Positions 17,473 to 27,544 of a stretch of DNA of 64,000 nt are shown here, piece by piece. The number at the start of each line of letters is the position of its first letter. The stretch's first letter is position 1. A model generated the notes under the pieces. It did not search any database. It was not told the origin of the DNA and worked only from the letters and a program-made list of their open reading frames with translations. Source of the DNA: an uncultured Clostridia bacterium (lineage in GTDB: Bacteria; Bacillota; Dehalobacteriia; UBA4068); NCBI GenBank assembly GCA_944390945.1, contig CALXRV010000060.1, positions 39,557 through 103,556 of the forward strand, given 5' to 3'. The position numbers and the translations under genes were made by a program.

Positions 17473-18585
17473 TCAAAGGAATTCGGCAAATACCTCATTG
17501 CCGAGCAGCAGGCCGCGGCGTGTCAGGCGGATGACGCCGTCATCTGTCTCCAGCAAGCCCAGTTTCTGCATGCGGGCCAGCTCGCGATGGTAACGACGCA
17601 GTGGATCAGCGCCATAACGGCGGTAAAATTCTTTGGCCACAACGCCTTTTTCCAGACGCAACCCTAGGAACATTGCCTCTGCCAGCACTTGATCGATCGT
17701 AAGCGTTTCTTCCTCTGCCACCGGCCTTTTGCCGGCTGCCAGGGCCGCCGCATAGGCGGCTAGTGTGGGGTGATTGGCGAAACGACGCTCGGCAAGGCAG
17801 CTTGCTGCGGCAACGCCAAGGCCGAGATAGTTTTCGCGCTGCCAATAGGCGCAGTTATGACGGCTGGCAAAACCGGGACGGGCGAAGTTTGCTATCTCAT
17901 AATGCCGATAACCGGCTGCAGCCAGCCGGTCGATGGCCAGCTCCAGCATATCGGCAGAAAGGTCCTGATCTGCAGCATGGATCATTGGATCGTCGCCCCA
18001 GGGCGTACCCTCATGCAGCGTCAGCCCATAAAGGGAGATATGTTCACTCTCCAGGGCCAGCGCCTGGGTTAGATCCTCCTGCCACATGGCCAGCGTCTGC
18101 GCGGGGAGGCCATAGATCAGGTCAAGATTGATGTTTTCCAGCCCGGCCTGCCGCGCCGCTGCTACGGCAGCTTTCGCCTGGGCTGCGCTGTGGCCACGTC
18201 CCATCGCTGACAGCAGTGCCGGCTGGAAGCTTTGTATGCCGAGCGAGAGCCGGTTTATTCCCGCTTGCCGGTAATCGTGCAGCCGCTGTCCTTCGACCGT
18301 TTCCGGGTTGGCTTCCAGCGTAATCTCGCCGGCCGGCGGGAACCAGGAGAGGATCTCTGCGACTTGCTGCGGCGTAAGTAGGGAGGGCGTACCGCCGCCG
18401 AAATAGATCGTCTCCAAGTGGGAAAGGTCGAGTTTTGGCTGATAAAGCGCCAGTTCCTGGCGTAGCCAGGTTGGGTAGGCGGCTAGTTCCTGCTCATGGC
18501 CATAGAGCGCAGTGCTGGCAAAATCGCAGTAATTACATTTACGGCGGCAGAAGGGAATATGGATGTAGACGGAGGTGACGCGCAT
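17473..18585 (-). CDS. hemW: radical SAM heme chaperone HemW (HemN-like, oxygen-independent coproporphyrinogen oxidase family)
   Basis: YIHIPFCRRKCNYCDF radical-SAM cluster, GGGTPS, and a HemN_C-like tail. Confidence 0.88.
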   Translation of the reverse strand: MRVTSVYIHIPFCRRKCNYCDFASTALYGHEQELAAYPTWLRQELALYQPKLDLSHLETIYFGGGTPSLLTPQQVAEILSWFPPAGEITLEANPETVEGQRLHDYRQAGINRLSLGIQSFQPALLSAMGRGHSAAQAKAAVAAARQAGLENINLDLIYGLPAQTLAMWQEDLTQALALESEHISLYGLTLHEGTPWGDDPMIHAADQDLSADMLELAIDRLAAAGYRHYEIANFARPGFASRHNCAYWQRENYLGLGVAAASCLAERRFANHPTLAAYAAALAAGKRPVAEEETLTIDQVLAEAMFLGLRLEKGVVAKEFYRRYGADPLRRYHRELARMQKLGLLETDDGVIRLTRRGLLLGNEVFAEFL

Positions 18586-18610
18586 GGCTGCTCCTTTCGT
18601 TTTCTTTCTG

Positions 18611-19642
18611 CTATAACGCGCAGATACGCAGAATGGCTAGTTCAAGCAGATCTTTTAGGTCACCTCGGCCGCACATTGCATCATAATCTGCTGCCAGCAG
18701 GATATCCAGCGCGCGCACAAGCCGGCGATAATCGCTGTTTTTGCCTTGTGCGATACATTTCTTGGCATAATAAGGTGCAATGCCCAGCGTGGAGGCAATC
18801 TCCTGCTGCCGGAATCCCCGCGCTGTCATGTCTTTGGCAGCGAGGATATTGTGGTATTGGCTGGCGATCATGCCATGTAGGTTTTTCGGCTCTTCGCCTT
18901 GCTGATAGAGGCGGTGCAGCACGAGCGCGGCCTGCGCGGCATTGTGCGCAGCCAGGTTATCCGTCAGTTCGAACACGCCGGAAAGCGCAGTGCGGCTGAC
19001 AATCGCTTCTGCATCTGCCTGCGTGATCGTCGTTTGCGCAGCGCAGTAGAGGATCAGCTTATCCGCCTCTGCCTTCAGCGCCTGCAGGCCGTCGCCCGCC
19101 ATCAGGCTGACATATTGGCAGACCTGCGGCGAAGCTTGCTTGCCGGCGGCAAAAAGATAATTTTTCAGCCAGAGCTCGCGCTCGCCGCCGCGCGGACTGA
19201 CAAATTCCACGCAACTGCCGCTGGCCTGCACTGCCTTGTATAGACGGCTGTTGCGGTTGACGCTGCCGTTGACAAGCAAGATCAGTACCGTGGCCGGATT
19301 GGGATCCCGGATGTACGCGAGCAATGGTTCGAGCTGCAGCGCGGAATCTTCCTGCTCTTCTGCGCCCTCGGTTTTTTTGCGCTTTGGCCGCAGCCAGGGG
19401 ATATCGCGCACGAGCACCACTTTCTTTTCCGCAAAAAAGCTGCCGCTGTCCGCGGTTTCCGCTACTTCAGCCGGCGTGTGCTCATCGCCGCGCAGGTACT
19501 CACGATCAAAACCATTATCTGCCGGCGCTGCCAATGCGGTGACGCGCGCCGCTGCCTGCTCCATCAGCAGGGTCTCCTCGCCATAGAAAAGATAGACCGG
19601 GACGGTCATCCCCAGGCGCAGGCTGTTTTCCAGATTGTGCAT
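18611..19642 (-). CDS. holA: DNA polymerase III delta subunit
   Basis: ORF 18611..19750. ATG 19642 follows GGAG, giving MHNLENSL...PVYLFYGEE. The position downstream of comEC is the conserved Firmicutes synteny. Confidence 0.8.
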   Translation of the reverse strand: MHNLENSLRLGMTVPVYLFYGEETLLMEQAAARVTALAAPADNGFDREYLRGDEHTPAEVAETADSGSFFAEKKVVLVRDIPWLRPKRKKTEGAEEQEDSALQLEPLLAYIRDPNPATVLILLVNGSVNRNSRLYKAVQASGSCVEFVSPRGGERELWLKNYLFAAGKQASPQVCQYVSLMAGDGLQALKAEADKLILYCAAQTTITQADAEAIVSRTALSGVFELTDNLAAHNAAQAALVLHRLYQQGEEPKNLHGMIASQYHNILAAKDMTARGFRQQEIASTLGIAPYYAKKCIAQGKNSDYRRLVRALDILLAADYDAMCGRGDLKDLLELAILRICAL

Positions 19643-19709
19643 AGTTGGCTCCGTTTCTTTTCCTTGCGGCTGCAACCGCCTTTCCGCCAGGCTGCAGCTG
19701 TGGCCGTTT

Positions 19710-22115
19710 TCATGCCGCCGGCTCAGTCTCGGTTTCGACCGCAAAATCATATCCGTCCGTGCGGATGCAGATAGCGCCCATCTCGTCGGTGCGGTAGACG
19801 GCTGCCGCTTCCTGCCAATATTCTATCACTTCCGCAGCCGGATGGCCATAGCTGTTTGCTGCTCCAACGCTGACCACCACTGCCTGCGCTGCGGTAGCGC
19901 GGTAGAATTCTTCGTCGTAACCGCTGCGGCTGCCGTGATGCGGTAGCTTAACGATATCTGCCGAAAGATCATAGCGCCCGGCAGCGGCTGCGAGCACGCT
20001 GCCTGATGCGTCGCCGGTAAAGAGCACATCCACTTCACCACAGGATAAGCGAAGCAGCAGAGAATCATCATTTTCATCACCGCTTGCCTGTGCAGCCGGG
20101 CCAAGCACTTCCAGGCGCAAATGGCTGCCGAACTGAAAGCAGTCGCCGGCCATAACCGCCCGGCAGACGCTGCCATTTTCCGTTGCGGCGGCAAGCAGCT
20201 GTTGCTGGATCTCGTCGTCGGTGAATACGTTGGCATAAAGCAGCGTATCCACCGGCATGGCGTTTAATACGCTGAGCAGTCCATCCGTATGATCCAGATC
20301 AGGATGGCTGTTGACCACCACGTCGATATGATGGATGCCGCGACTCTGCAGATAAGGCAGGAGCACATATTCACCGACGCTGCCCGGCGCGCTCGCTTTG
20401 CCACCGCCATCGATCAGCATAGTCAGGCCGTCGCTCGTGGTGACCAGCGCTGCATCGCCCTGTCCCACATCGAGAAATACAATCTCTGCCAGCGCAGGCG
20501 CGCCTTCTGGTAAGGCACGCGGCTTATTGACGAGATGCGGCAGGCAGACGGAGAGGATGAGCAAAACAGCGAGCAAAGGCAGAAAAACGCGTTGGCCAAG
20601 CCGATGCACCAGCGAAGGCAGCAACAGGAGCGCAAGAAAGAAAATCATGACTGCCCAAAGCGGCAGGATACCGCTGTAGCTGGCGGCAAAAGGCAGTCGG
20701 GTGAGAAAAGAAGCCATGCTGGCGACGAGCTGCATGGCAAACGCAGCCATCTGCAACAGCCAGCCGGCAGCTGCAGGCAACAATACGGCAAGCGGCGTAG
20801 CAATAAAACATAGCGCTACTGCGATGCCGACCAGAGGCAAGGCGGCGGGTGTCAACAGCCAGCCCAGCCAGGCGGCATAATAGAAATAATGGCAGATCAG
20901 CGGCCATGTGGCAAGGCAAGCGGCGCAGCCGGCGGCGAAAAGAGTGGCTGCCCGGTTGTTCCATCGTCCCCATGCCCGGCGAAACAGTGGGGTTAGTACC
21001 ATCATTCCCCAGATCGCGGCAAAGGAGAGCTGGCAGCCGGCATCGAACAGCCAAAGTGGCCGGATGAGCAGGCAGACAATAGCAGCTAAAGACAGCGAGC
21101 TGATCGGCTCTTGCTCCTCCAGCAGGAGATCTGCCAGCAGCAGGATCAGCGACATGATCGCGGCGCGCAGGATCGGCGCGGCGAGACCGGCCAGGCAAAG
21201 GTAGAGCAGCAACAGGGAGACCGTCATGCCAAAGCGCAGCTTGCGCCGGTGGAAGCCCTTGCCGGCGAGCAGCAGAGAAAGCATGACGATATAGCTGACA
21301 TGCAAACCGGAAACAGAGAAGACATGCGTCAGGCCGGATACGGCCATCGCCTGTTCTGCCTCGGCGGATATGCCTTCTGTCTCGCCGAGATAAACACCGA
21401 AGATAAGACCGCGCTGATGTGCGCTTAGTGTTTGCGCCGCGGTGTTAAGGCAGGAGCGTAACCAGGCGCCGAGTGCGGCCGGCGAGATGGTCGGCCCCGG
21501 ACGCAGGATCTCTACCGTTCCACCATAGTAGGCGCTGAATTGTGCGGCTATACCGTGGTGACGCAGGTATTCGCTGTAGGAAAAGGCATAGGGATTGTGG
21601 TTTTCCGTTGGCGTGAAGCTTTGGCCGTGAATGCGCACCCTGCTGCCGCTGCGCGGCGGATCTCCTTCCCCATAGACGAGGATATCGCCGCAGGCAAGCG
21701 GTTGACCGTCCAGCTGTGTGGGCTTAAGTTGCAGCTGATAGCGGCCATCCTCATCCGCAAGCGTGCTGCTGCGTACGGTGCCTTCTACCACCCCGTAATC
21801 CCCGTTTGCCAGCGGCCAGGCAGAGACGGCGGCCAGTTCACCGGCACAGAGAAAAAAGCCCAGCCCGGCAAAAGCAAGCAGCATTGGCTGCCAGCGTCTG
21901 CCGGGCAGAAAACAACAGAGCAAAACAGCGGCTATGGCCGCGAGCACAGCGATACAGAGTGCAGTGCCTACAGCAGGCGTTATCCAGCAGGCCAACAATT
22001 CACCGCAGACCAGCGCCAGCAACAGTGGAAGCAGCGGCCGCCCCTGTAGCGCCTGCGGTAATTGAGACCGCTTCCGCAAGGCTGAGGTCACCTGTTCAGT
22101 CAACACAGATATCAT
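19710..22115 (-). CDS. comEC: DNA internalization-related competence protein ComEC/Rec2
   Basis: Polytopic competence domain plus a C-terminal metallo-beta-lactamase domain (FLDVGQGDA...HPDLDHTDG...LPHHGS). Start uncertain; ATG 22115 overlaps the comEA end by 20 nt. Confidence 0.85.
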   Translation of the reverse strand: MISVLTEQVTSALRKRSQLPQALQGRPLLPLLLALVCGELLACWITPAVGTALCIAVLAAIAAVLLCCFLPGRRWQPMLLAFAGLGFFLCAGELAAVSAWPLANGDYGVVEGTVRSSTLADEDGRYQLQLKPTQLDGQPLACGDILVYGEGDPPRSGSRVRIHGQSFTPTENHNPYAFSYSEYLRHHGIAAQFSAYYGGTVEILRPGPTISPAALGAWLRSCLNTAAQTLSAHQRGLIFGVYLGETEGISAEAEQAMAVSGLTHVFSVSGLHVSYIVMLSLLLAGKGFHRRKLRFGMTVSLLLLYLCLAGLAAPILRAAIMSLILLLADLLLEEQEPISSLSLAAIVCLLIRPLWLFDAGCQLSFAAIWGMMVLTPLFRRAWGRWNNRAATLFAAGCAACLATWPLICHYFYYAAWLGWLLTPAALPLVGIAVALCFIATPLAVLLPAAAGWLLQMAAFAMQLVASMASFLTRLPFAASYSGILPLWAVMIFFLALLLLPSLVHRLGQRVFLPLLAVLLILSVCLPHLVNKPRALPEGAPALAEIVFLDVGQGDAALVTTSDGLTMLIDGGGKASAPGSVGEYVLLPYLQSRGIHHIDVVVNSHPDLDHTDGLLSVLNAMPVDTLLYANVFTDDEIQQQLLAAATENGSVCRAVMAGDCFQFGSHLRLEVLGPAAQASGDENDDSLLLRLSCGEVDVLFTGDASGSVLAAAAGRYDLSADIVKLPHHGSRSGYDEEFYRATAAQAVVVSVGAANSYGHPAAEVIEYWQEAAAVYRTDEMGAICIRTDGYDFAVETETEPAA

Positions 22116-22878
22116 CCTTGATCTGTGAGAAGATGCCTTCCCCGATGCCGCTGACCTGCATGATCTCGTCAATGCTGGCAAAGGCGCCGTTCGTTTCCCG
22201 GTAAGAAATGATGGCGGCCGCGCGCACTTCGCCGATGCCATTCAGCCGTTGCAGAGCGGCAGAGGAAGCGGTATTGATATTGATCTTGCCATTGCTGCCG
22301 GTATCTTGCGCAACTTCGCCGCTGTTGCTGCTGTTAAAGGCATCGCTGCCGCCTGCGGCAAACATGGCGTTGATGCGTTCGATTTCCGCGTTAGCTTCCG
22401 GTGTCACCTCTGCTTCACCGGCTACTGGGTTTTCCCCCTCTGCCGCTGTTGTTGCTGCCGCTAGATAGGGAACGATTACTTCACTGCCGTCTTTTAGGTA
22501 GGCGGCCAGGTTCATCCGATCCAGATCTGCAGTGGGTAAAGCTTCCGCTGCCAGCACAGCATCCTCCACGCGCGCATCTGTTGCAAAACGGTAAACGCCG
22601 GATGCCTGGACTGCGCCCTTGACATGAACTGCGATCTCCACCGGCGCTTCCGTTGCACTTCCAGCTTCAGCCAGCGTTTGTAATGCGCTGTTCTGCGCAG
22701 CCGCCGGCGGATAGAGATAAGCATGGTAGCGGTAGCCTGCCACGCAGCCGAACAGGAGCAGCAGCAGGCAAAGGATGAGGATACGTTTGTTGCCCAGTAT
22801 TTGCGTACGCCAATCCGGCTTTTGGGATCGTCCATTTTGGGATCGTCCAGCGGACAAGGGTTCCTGTTTCTCGGCCAT
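22096..22878 (-). CDS. comEA: ComEA family DNA-binding competence protein
   Basis: TM anchor, SLBB-like middle region, and C-terminal tandem helix-hairpin-helix NINTASSAALQRLNGIGEVRAAAIISYRE...IMQVSGIGEGIFSQIKD. Confidence 0.88.
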   Translation of the reverse strand: MAEKQEPLSAGRSQNGRSQKPDWRTQILGNKRILILCLLLLLFGCVAGYRYHAYLYPPAAAQNSALQTLAEAGSATEAPVEIAVHVKGAVQASGVYRFATDARVEDAVLAAEALPTADLDRMNLAAYLKDGSEVIVPYLAAATTAAEGENPVAGEAEVTPEANAEIERINAMFAAGGSDAFNSSNSGEVAQDTGSNGKININTASSAALQRLNGIGEVRAAAIISYRETNGAFASIDEIMQVSGIGEGIFSQIKDDICVD

Positions 22879-23008
22879 GACGAGCCCTCCTTATCGTCTG
22901 CGGATACTGATTTTTCTTACTTTTTCTACATATTTATCTATTTTTCCTGCCAGCATGGCGTGTGCGAAGAGTGAACACAGGAAAAAAAATACTTATGCGG
23001 AAAAACCC

Positions 23009-23037
23009 TTGACAAGCGGGCGGGAATTTGTTACCAT
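23009..23037 (+). promoter_or_regulatory. candidate promoter of the tRNA cluster
   Basis: TTGACA (23009-23014), 17 nt, TACCAT (23032-23037), 13 nt before the first tRNA. Confidence 0.4.
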
Positions 23038-23050
23038 AAATTTCGCCTGT

Positions 23051-23127
23051 GGTGGATGTGGCGAAGCGGTTAACGCACCGGATTGTGGCTCCGGCATACG
23101 AGGGTTCGATCCCCTCCATCCACCCCA
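23051..23127 (+). tRNA. tRNA-His (GTG)
   Basis: Hand-folded cloverleaf. Extra G(-1) pairs with C73. Anticodon stem CCGGA/TCCGG with loop TTGTGGC. T-arm GAGGG-TTCGATC-CCCTC. Encoded CCA. Confidence 0.9.
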
Positions 23128-23137
23128 ATTTCTATAT

Positions 23138-23212
23138 TGGGGTGTAGCCAAGCGGTAAGGCATCGGTCTTTGGAATCGACATTCGTAGGTTCAAATCCTG
23201 CCACCCCAGCCA
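23138..23212 (+). tRNA. tRNA-Gln (TTG)
   Basis: Acceptor TGGGGTG/CACCCCA, anticodon loop CTTTGGA, T-loop TTCAAAT, encoded CCA. Confidence 0.9.
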
Positions 23213-23216
23213 GCAT

Positions 23217-23292
23217 GAGCCATTAGCTCAGTCGGTAGAGCACCTGACTTTTAATCAGGGTGTCCGGCGTTCGAATCGCCGATGGCTCACCA
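23217..23292 (+). tRNA. tRNA-Lys (TTT)
   Basis: Acceptor GAGCCAT/ATGGCTC, D-arm GCTC-AGTCGGTA-GAGC, anticodon stem CCTGA/TCAGG with loop CTTTTAA, T-arm CGGCG-TTCGAAT-CGCCG, encoded CCA. Confidence 0.92.
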
Positions 23293-23293
23293 A

Positions 23294-23339
23294 AAGACCT
23301 GTTCACTAGCATCATTTGCTCGGTGGCAGGTCTTTTTTT
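23294..23339 (+). terminator. terminator after the tRNA cluster
   Basis: AAGACCTG...CAGGTCTT stem with an internal AGCA/TGCT sub-stem, followed by TTTTTTT. Confidence 0.5.
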
Positions 23340-23421
23340 GTCCTTTATTGGCAGCGGGCAAAACGCGTGCCGCAGCACGCTGACCTTTTGGAGCCTTTCC
23401 GGAAGGCGTACCGGCAGTTTA

Positions 23422-24771
23422 TTACTGTGCGGTATTGTTTATCCCGGCTTCCGCCAAATTGGCAGCATACGCCATCAGCTCGCGTTCCGAAGCGATATCG
23501 CCGCTATAGGGATACTGCCGCGCCATCTTGTTGAACGCAGTTTCCAGATCAGCAGCTTTTGCCGTGTCATGTTCCGCCAGCAGAGCAAAGGCATACTGCG
23601 TGCGTAGGATGGAGGGAAAGCGACGCATGGCGCGTTCAAATTTCTTTTGTTCCCGGCTGCGGTATTCCTGGCGCCGCTGCGGTCGGTTCGCACCGATCAG
23701 CTCGCAGAAGAGCAGGTCGTTCGTCAACAGATTACGATAGATGCCAACCAGGCCCCCGCTCTCTGCCAGCAGCGTTTTCATCGTTGCCTCTGCTTCAGCA
23801 AAGCGTAGCTCATCCATCAGGCGGTTGCAGGCGAAAACACCGATCGCCGCGCACATGCTGTTTTGTAGCTCTGCCTGAGTGGGCATGCGGAACCATTCAG
23901 ACGGCATATCGCGCAGGCGCAAGCCGGCGGTGATCTCTTCATTCACCTTTAGTTGTAGCCACAGCGCCCGCCTGGCCTGCGGCATGCGGCGCAGAGAAAG
24001 CACGTTTTGGCCATCGTTATCGATCAGTGCCGTGTGCAGCGGTATACCGTTCGCCAATCCGAATAACAGGCCAAAACCTGCCAGCAGACAGGCAAAGAAG
24101 GAAAACGGACCGTCTGGCAATGACAGCGCTAACCCGGCGAACAGTGCGGCGGTGATCAGATTCATCAGCGCACCACCAAGATGATAGAGCCGGAATGGCG
24201 CTTCTTCCGGCGGTAGATCCGGCGGTGCAAGCAAGCATTGTCCGCCGGTGCCGGCCAGCGAATAGCGGCGCAGCCGAATCTTGCCGCCCTGGCGCAGCCA
24301 GATCAGACTGCCGATGCGGAAGGAACAAAAACGATATCCGCTGAGCAGACCGAACAGCAGATGCCCACCTTCATGCAGGAGTGCCTGCAAATAAACTGCC
24401 AGCAGCGCGAGCAGCAAAAGCAGGCCGAGCGTCCATAGCCCGGAACCAAGCTCCATATGCGGCCACGCCATGACGGAGATTGCGCCAACCGCGCCGCCGC
24501 CTGCCAGCATGAACAGAGAATAGAGAATCTTTGAAAGACCCGTGTGGCGCCTGTTTTTTCGGCTGTTCTTTTGTTGGTTTGCCTGTTGGCTTGCCGGCTT
24601 GCGCCCCTGCATCCCTGTAGCTGTCGTTTCTGCGCCTGTCGCGCGCCTGGCGGTCTCTGCCAAGGTTTCCGCGGCTTCGGCATTTGTTGCTGTTTCCGCA
24701 GTGGCAGGCGTCGTTTCCGCTGCGCTTACGGCTGCCGGCATGGCGGGTTGGGCTATGGTTTTCTTGTGCAT
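23422..24771 (-). CDS. membrane protein with HExxH zinc-metalloprotease motif (M50/site-2-protease-like), Ala/Thr/Glu-rich N-terminus, helical-repeat C-terminus
   Basis: LLHEGGHLLFGLLSGY lies in a TM segment, with 4-5 predicted TM helices. ATG 24771 follows GGGGGA (the track start is a GTG at 24798). No closer family recognised. Confidence 0.55.
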   Translation of the reverse strand: MHKKTIAQPAMPAAVSAAETTPATAETATNAEAAETLAETARRATGAETTATGMQGRKPASQQANQQKNSRKNRRHTGLSKILYSLFMLAGGGAVGAISVMAWPHMELGSGLWTLGLLLLLALLAVYLQALLHEGGHLLFGLLSGYRFCSFRIGSLIWLRQGGKIRLRRYSLAGTGGQCLLAPPDLPPEEAPFRLYHLGGALMNLITAALFAGLALSLPDGPFSFFACLLAGFGLLFGLANGIPLHTALIDNDGQNVLSLRRMPQARRALWLQLKVNEEITAGLRLRDMPSEWFRMPTQAELQNSMCAAIGVFACNRLMDELRFAEAEATMKTLLAESGGLVGIYRNLLTNDLLFCELIGANRPQRRQEYRSREQKKFERAMRRFPSILRTQYAFALLAEHDTAKAADLETAFNKMARQYPYSGDIASERELMAYAANLAEAGINNTAQ

Positions 24772-24817
24772 AGGTGTTCCCCCGTTATGTTTCTCCACTT
24801 AATTATTGTTCCGGGCA

Positions 24818-24862
24818 GACAAAAAGGACAAAAGGCGAATAAGCACGCTTTTTGTCCTTTGA
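24818..24862 (-). terminator. rho-independent terminator downstream of pnp
   Basis: AAAGGACAAAA / TTTTGTCCTTT stem; on the minus strand it is followed by a T-rich tract. Confidence 0.6.
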
Positions 24863-24878
24863 TTATGCTGCTTGCGGT

Positions 24879-27026
24879 TTACAGATCCAGACCCAGGTCG
24901 TGCATCGCATCCTTGCGTGAAAGCTTAACTTTACCGGTTGCCTTATCGACGGCCTTCACCTTGACCCACATCACGTCGCCTTCGGCGCAGACATCTTCCA
25001 CCTTTGCCACGCGTTTGTTGGAAAGTTCGCTGATATGAACCATGCCGTCTTTGCCGCTGGAGCCAAGTACACCGGGGATGATCTCGACAAAAGCGCCGAA
25101 CTCCATAATCTTGACCACAGTGCCTTTGTAGATCTGGCCGACCACCGGCTCTGCGACGATGTTTTCGATGATCTGTTGCGCTTTTTCACCCTGCGTACCG
25201 TCAACGCTGGCGATGAACACACGGCCGTCGTCCTCGATATCGATCTGCGCGCCGGTCATCTCCACGATCTTTTTGATCACTTTGCCGCCGCTGCCGATCA
25301 CTTCGCGGATCTTGTCCGGATGGATCTGCATGGTGATGATGCGCGGCGCAAATTTGGAGATCTCCTTGCGCGGTTCGCTGATCGCCTCCAACATTTTGCC
25401 CATGATGAACATGCGGCCTTCCCGCGCCTGTGCCAGCGCGCGGGTCAGGATGTTGCGGTCGATGCCGGCGATCTTGATGTCCATCTGAATCGCAGTCACG
25501 CCTTTTTCCGTGCCAGCCACCTTGAAATCCATATCACCGAGGAAATCCTCCATACCCTGGATATCGGTGAGAATGGTAACGTCATCACCGTCTTTGATCA
25601 GACCCATCGCACAGCCTGATACCGGGGCGGTGATCGGCACGCCCGCATCCATCAGCGAGAGCGTGGAGGCGCAGACGCTGCCCATCGAAGTGGAGCCGTT
25701 CGATTCGATCGCTTCAGAGACGAGACGCAGCGCATAGGGGAAGGTCTCTTCATCCGGGATCACCGGCAGCAGCGCGCGTTCAGCCAGCGCGCCATGCCCG
25801 ATCTCGCGGCGGCCCGGGCTGCGCACAGGGCGGGTCTCGCCAACAGAGAAGGGCGGGAAATTGTATTGATGCATATAGCGCTTTGAAGTCTCGGGCGCAA
25901 TGCCGTCCAGCACCTGCTCCTGCGAGACCATGCCCAGCGTCAGTGCGTTCAAAATCTGCGTCTGGCCGCGGGTGAACAGCGAACTGCCATGCGTGCGCGC
26001 CAGAACGCCCACTTCGCAGGTGATCGGCCGCACTTCGGTCGTCGTCCGGCCGTCAATGCGAATTTTGTCTTTGGCGATCAGGCTGCGCATGGTTTCCTTT
26101 TCCACCGTATACAGTACTTCGCCGATCTGCGTTTCCTGTTCGGGGAAACGCTCGGCCAGCGCTTCCTGAACGCTGCTGTTGATCGCTTCGAACATCGCTT
26201 CGCGTTCTTCTTTGCCAATGCGCTCTGCCGAGCATTTTTTCATCGCCTGACGGAAGGCGTCGCTGGCCAGTTCACGCACAGCAGCGTCCAGTTCCGGATC
26301 AGGCGCCGGTTTTTCAAACACGATCTTTTCAGCAGCGAGACCCAGGGCCAGCGCTTCCGCGCGGTATTCTTCGATAAAAGCGACGATGCGCTTGATCTCC
26401 TCATGGGCGAACATAATGCCTTCCAGGATCGTCTCCTCGCTGATCTCGTTCGCACCCGCCTCCACCATCATTACCGCATCTGCCGTGCCGGCCACGGAAA
26501 GATGCATTTCTGACAGTTCTTCCTGCTCTACGGTGGGATTGAGGATGAATTCGTTATCGATCATGCCAATGGTCACGCCGGCGATCGGCCCGTTGAAGGG
26601 GATCTTGGAGATATGCAGCGCGGCAGAGGCGCAGCACATCGCCAGCATGTCCGGGGCATTGTCCTGATCTACGCTGAGTACGGTGTTGATCACCTGTACA
26701 TCGTTACGGAAGCCCTTGGGGAAGAGCGGACGCAGCGGGCGATCGATCAGGCGCGAACAAAGCACCGCTTTCTCGCTGGGACGGCCTTCGCGCTTGATGA
26801 AGCCGCCCGGGATTTTGCCCACAGAATACATTTTTTCTTCAAATTCTACAGAAAGCGGGAAAAAATCGATGCCTTCGCGCGGACTTGCGCTCATCGTCAC
26901 ACAGGACAGCACCATCGTGTCGCCGTAAGCGCCAAAGATGGCGCCACTGGCCTGTTTGGCCATACGTCCAGTCTCGAGCGTCAGCGTACGGCCGCCGACC
27001 TCGATGCTCTTTCTTAAAATCGCCAT
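24879..27026 (-). CDS. pnp: polyribonucleotide nucleotidyltransferase (PNPase)
   Basis: 715 aa with two RNase PH domains, a KH domain and a C-terminal S1 domain ([20 protein letters not shown]...). RBS AAAGGAG. Confidence 0.97.
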   Translation of the reverse strand: MAILRKSIEVGGRTLTLETGRMAKQASGAIFGAYGDTMVLSCVTMSASPREGIDFFPLSVEFEEKMYSVGKIPGGFIKREGRPSEKAVLCSRLIDRPLRPLFPKGFRNDVQVINTVLSVDQDNAPDMLAMCCASAALHISKIPFNGPIAGVTIGMIDNEFILNPTVEQEELSEMHLSVAGTADAVMMVEAGANEISEETILEGIMFAHEEIKRIVAFIEEYRAEALALGLAAEKIVFEKPAPDPELDAAVRELASDAFRQAMKKCSAERIGKEEREAMFEAINSSVQEALAERFPEQETQIGEVLYTVEKETMRSLIAKDKIRIDGRTTTEVRPITCEVGVLARTHGSSLFTRGQTQILNALTLGMVSQEQVLDGIAPETSKRYMHQYNFPPFSVGETRPVRSPGRREIGHGALAERALLPVIPDEETFPYALRLVSEAIESNGSTSMGSVCASTLSLMDAGVPITAPVSGCAMGLIKDGDDVTILTDIQGMEDFLGDMDFKVAGTEKGVTAIQMDIKIAGIDRNILTRALAQAREGRMFIMGKMLEAISEPRKEISKFAPRIITMQIHPDKIREVIGSGGKVIKKIVEMTGAQIDIEDDGRVFIASVDGTQGEKAQQIIENIVAEPVVGQIYKGTVVKIMEFGAFVEIIPGVLGSSGKDGMVHISELSNKRVAKVEDVCAEGDVMWVKVKAVDKATGKVKLSRKDAMHDLGLDL

Positions 27027-27483
27027 GTGAAATCTCCTTTTTTATCCTTTTCTTTTTTCAACCGTTATTATTTCGCGGCCGGCAGGGAATATCCTTTATT
27101 TCTTTCATTGCGCAGCGAAGCGACTGATCATGCGGCTGTCTGGAGCAATTTATCCGCGTGGCTGGTATGGGCGGCAGCCTACTGCGGGCCATCCTGCATA
27201 AGCTGGATGTTGACCGCATGCAGTTAAGAAAGCGCTGGCTTTTTCCGCGCGGGCAAAAGAAAAGCCGTTGCTGGTCAAAGGCCTATGCAAAGAAGCTCAG
27301 CACTATCTTTGAGACGAGCCGCTCAATGATGTCGATCTTTTTCCTGTCTTCAGCGTGAGGAAATATTGCGCCTGCTAAGCTGCGCTGATTCTTATTGAAC
27401 ATGATGCTGCTTTTGTGGAGGCACGAACGGCACGACGCTTCGCCCTGTAGGTATAATGGCACAGGAGCCGGCATTTGGAGAAG

Positions 27484-27515
27484 AAAAGGCCGGCGCTTGT
27501 CAGCGCCGACCTTTT
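27484..27515 (-). terminator. rho-independent terminator after the S10 peptidase gene
   Basis: GGCCGGCGC / GCGCCGACC stem with one mismatch; on the minus strand it is followed by TTTTCTTCTCC. It lies 30 nt after the stop. Confidence 0.55.
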
Positions 27516-27544
27516 GCTGGTGAAAAAACCAAAAGCCAGTTGGG

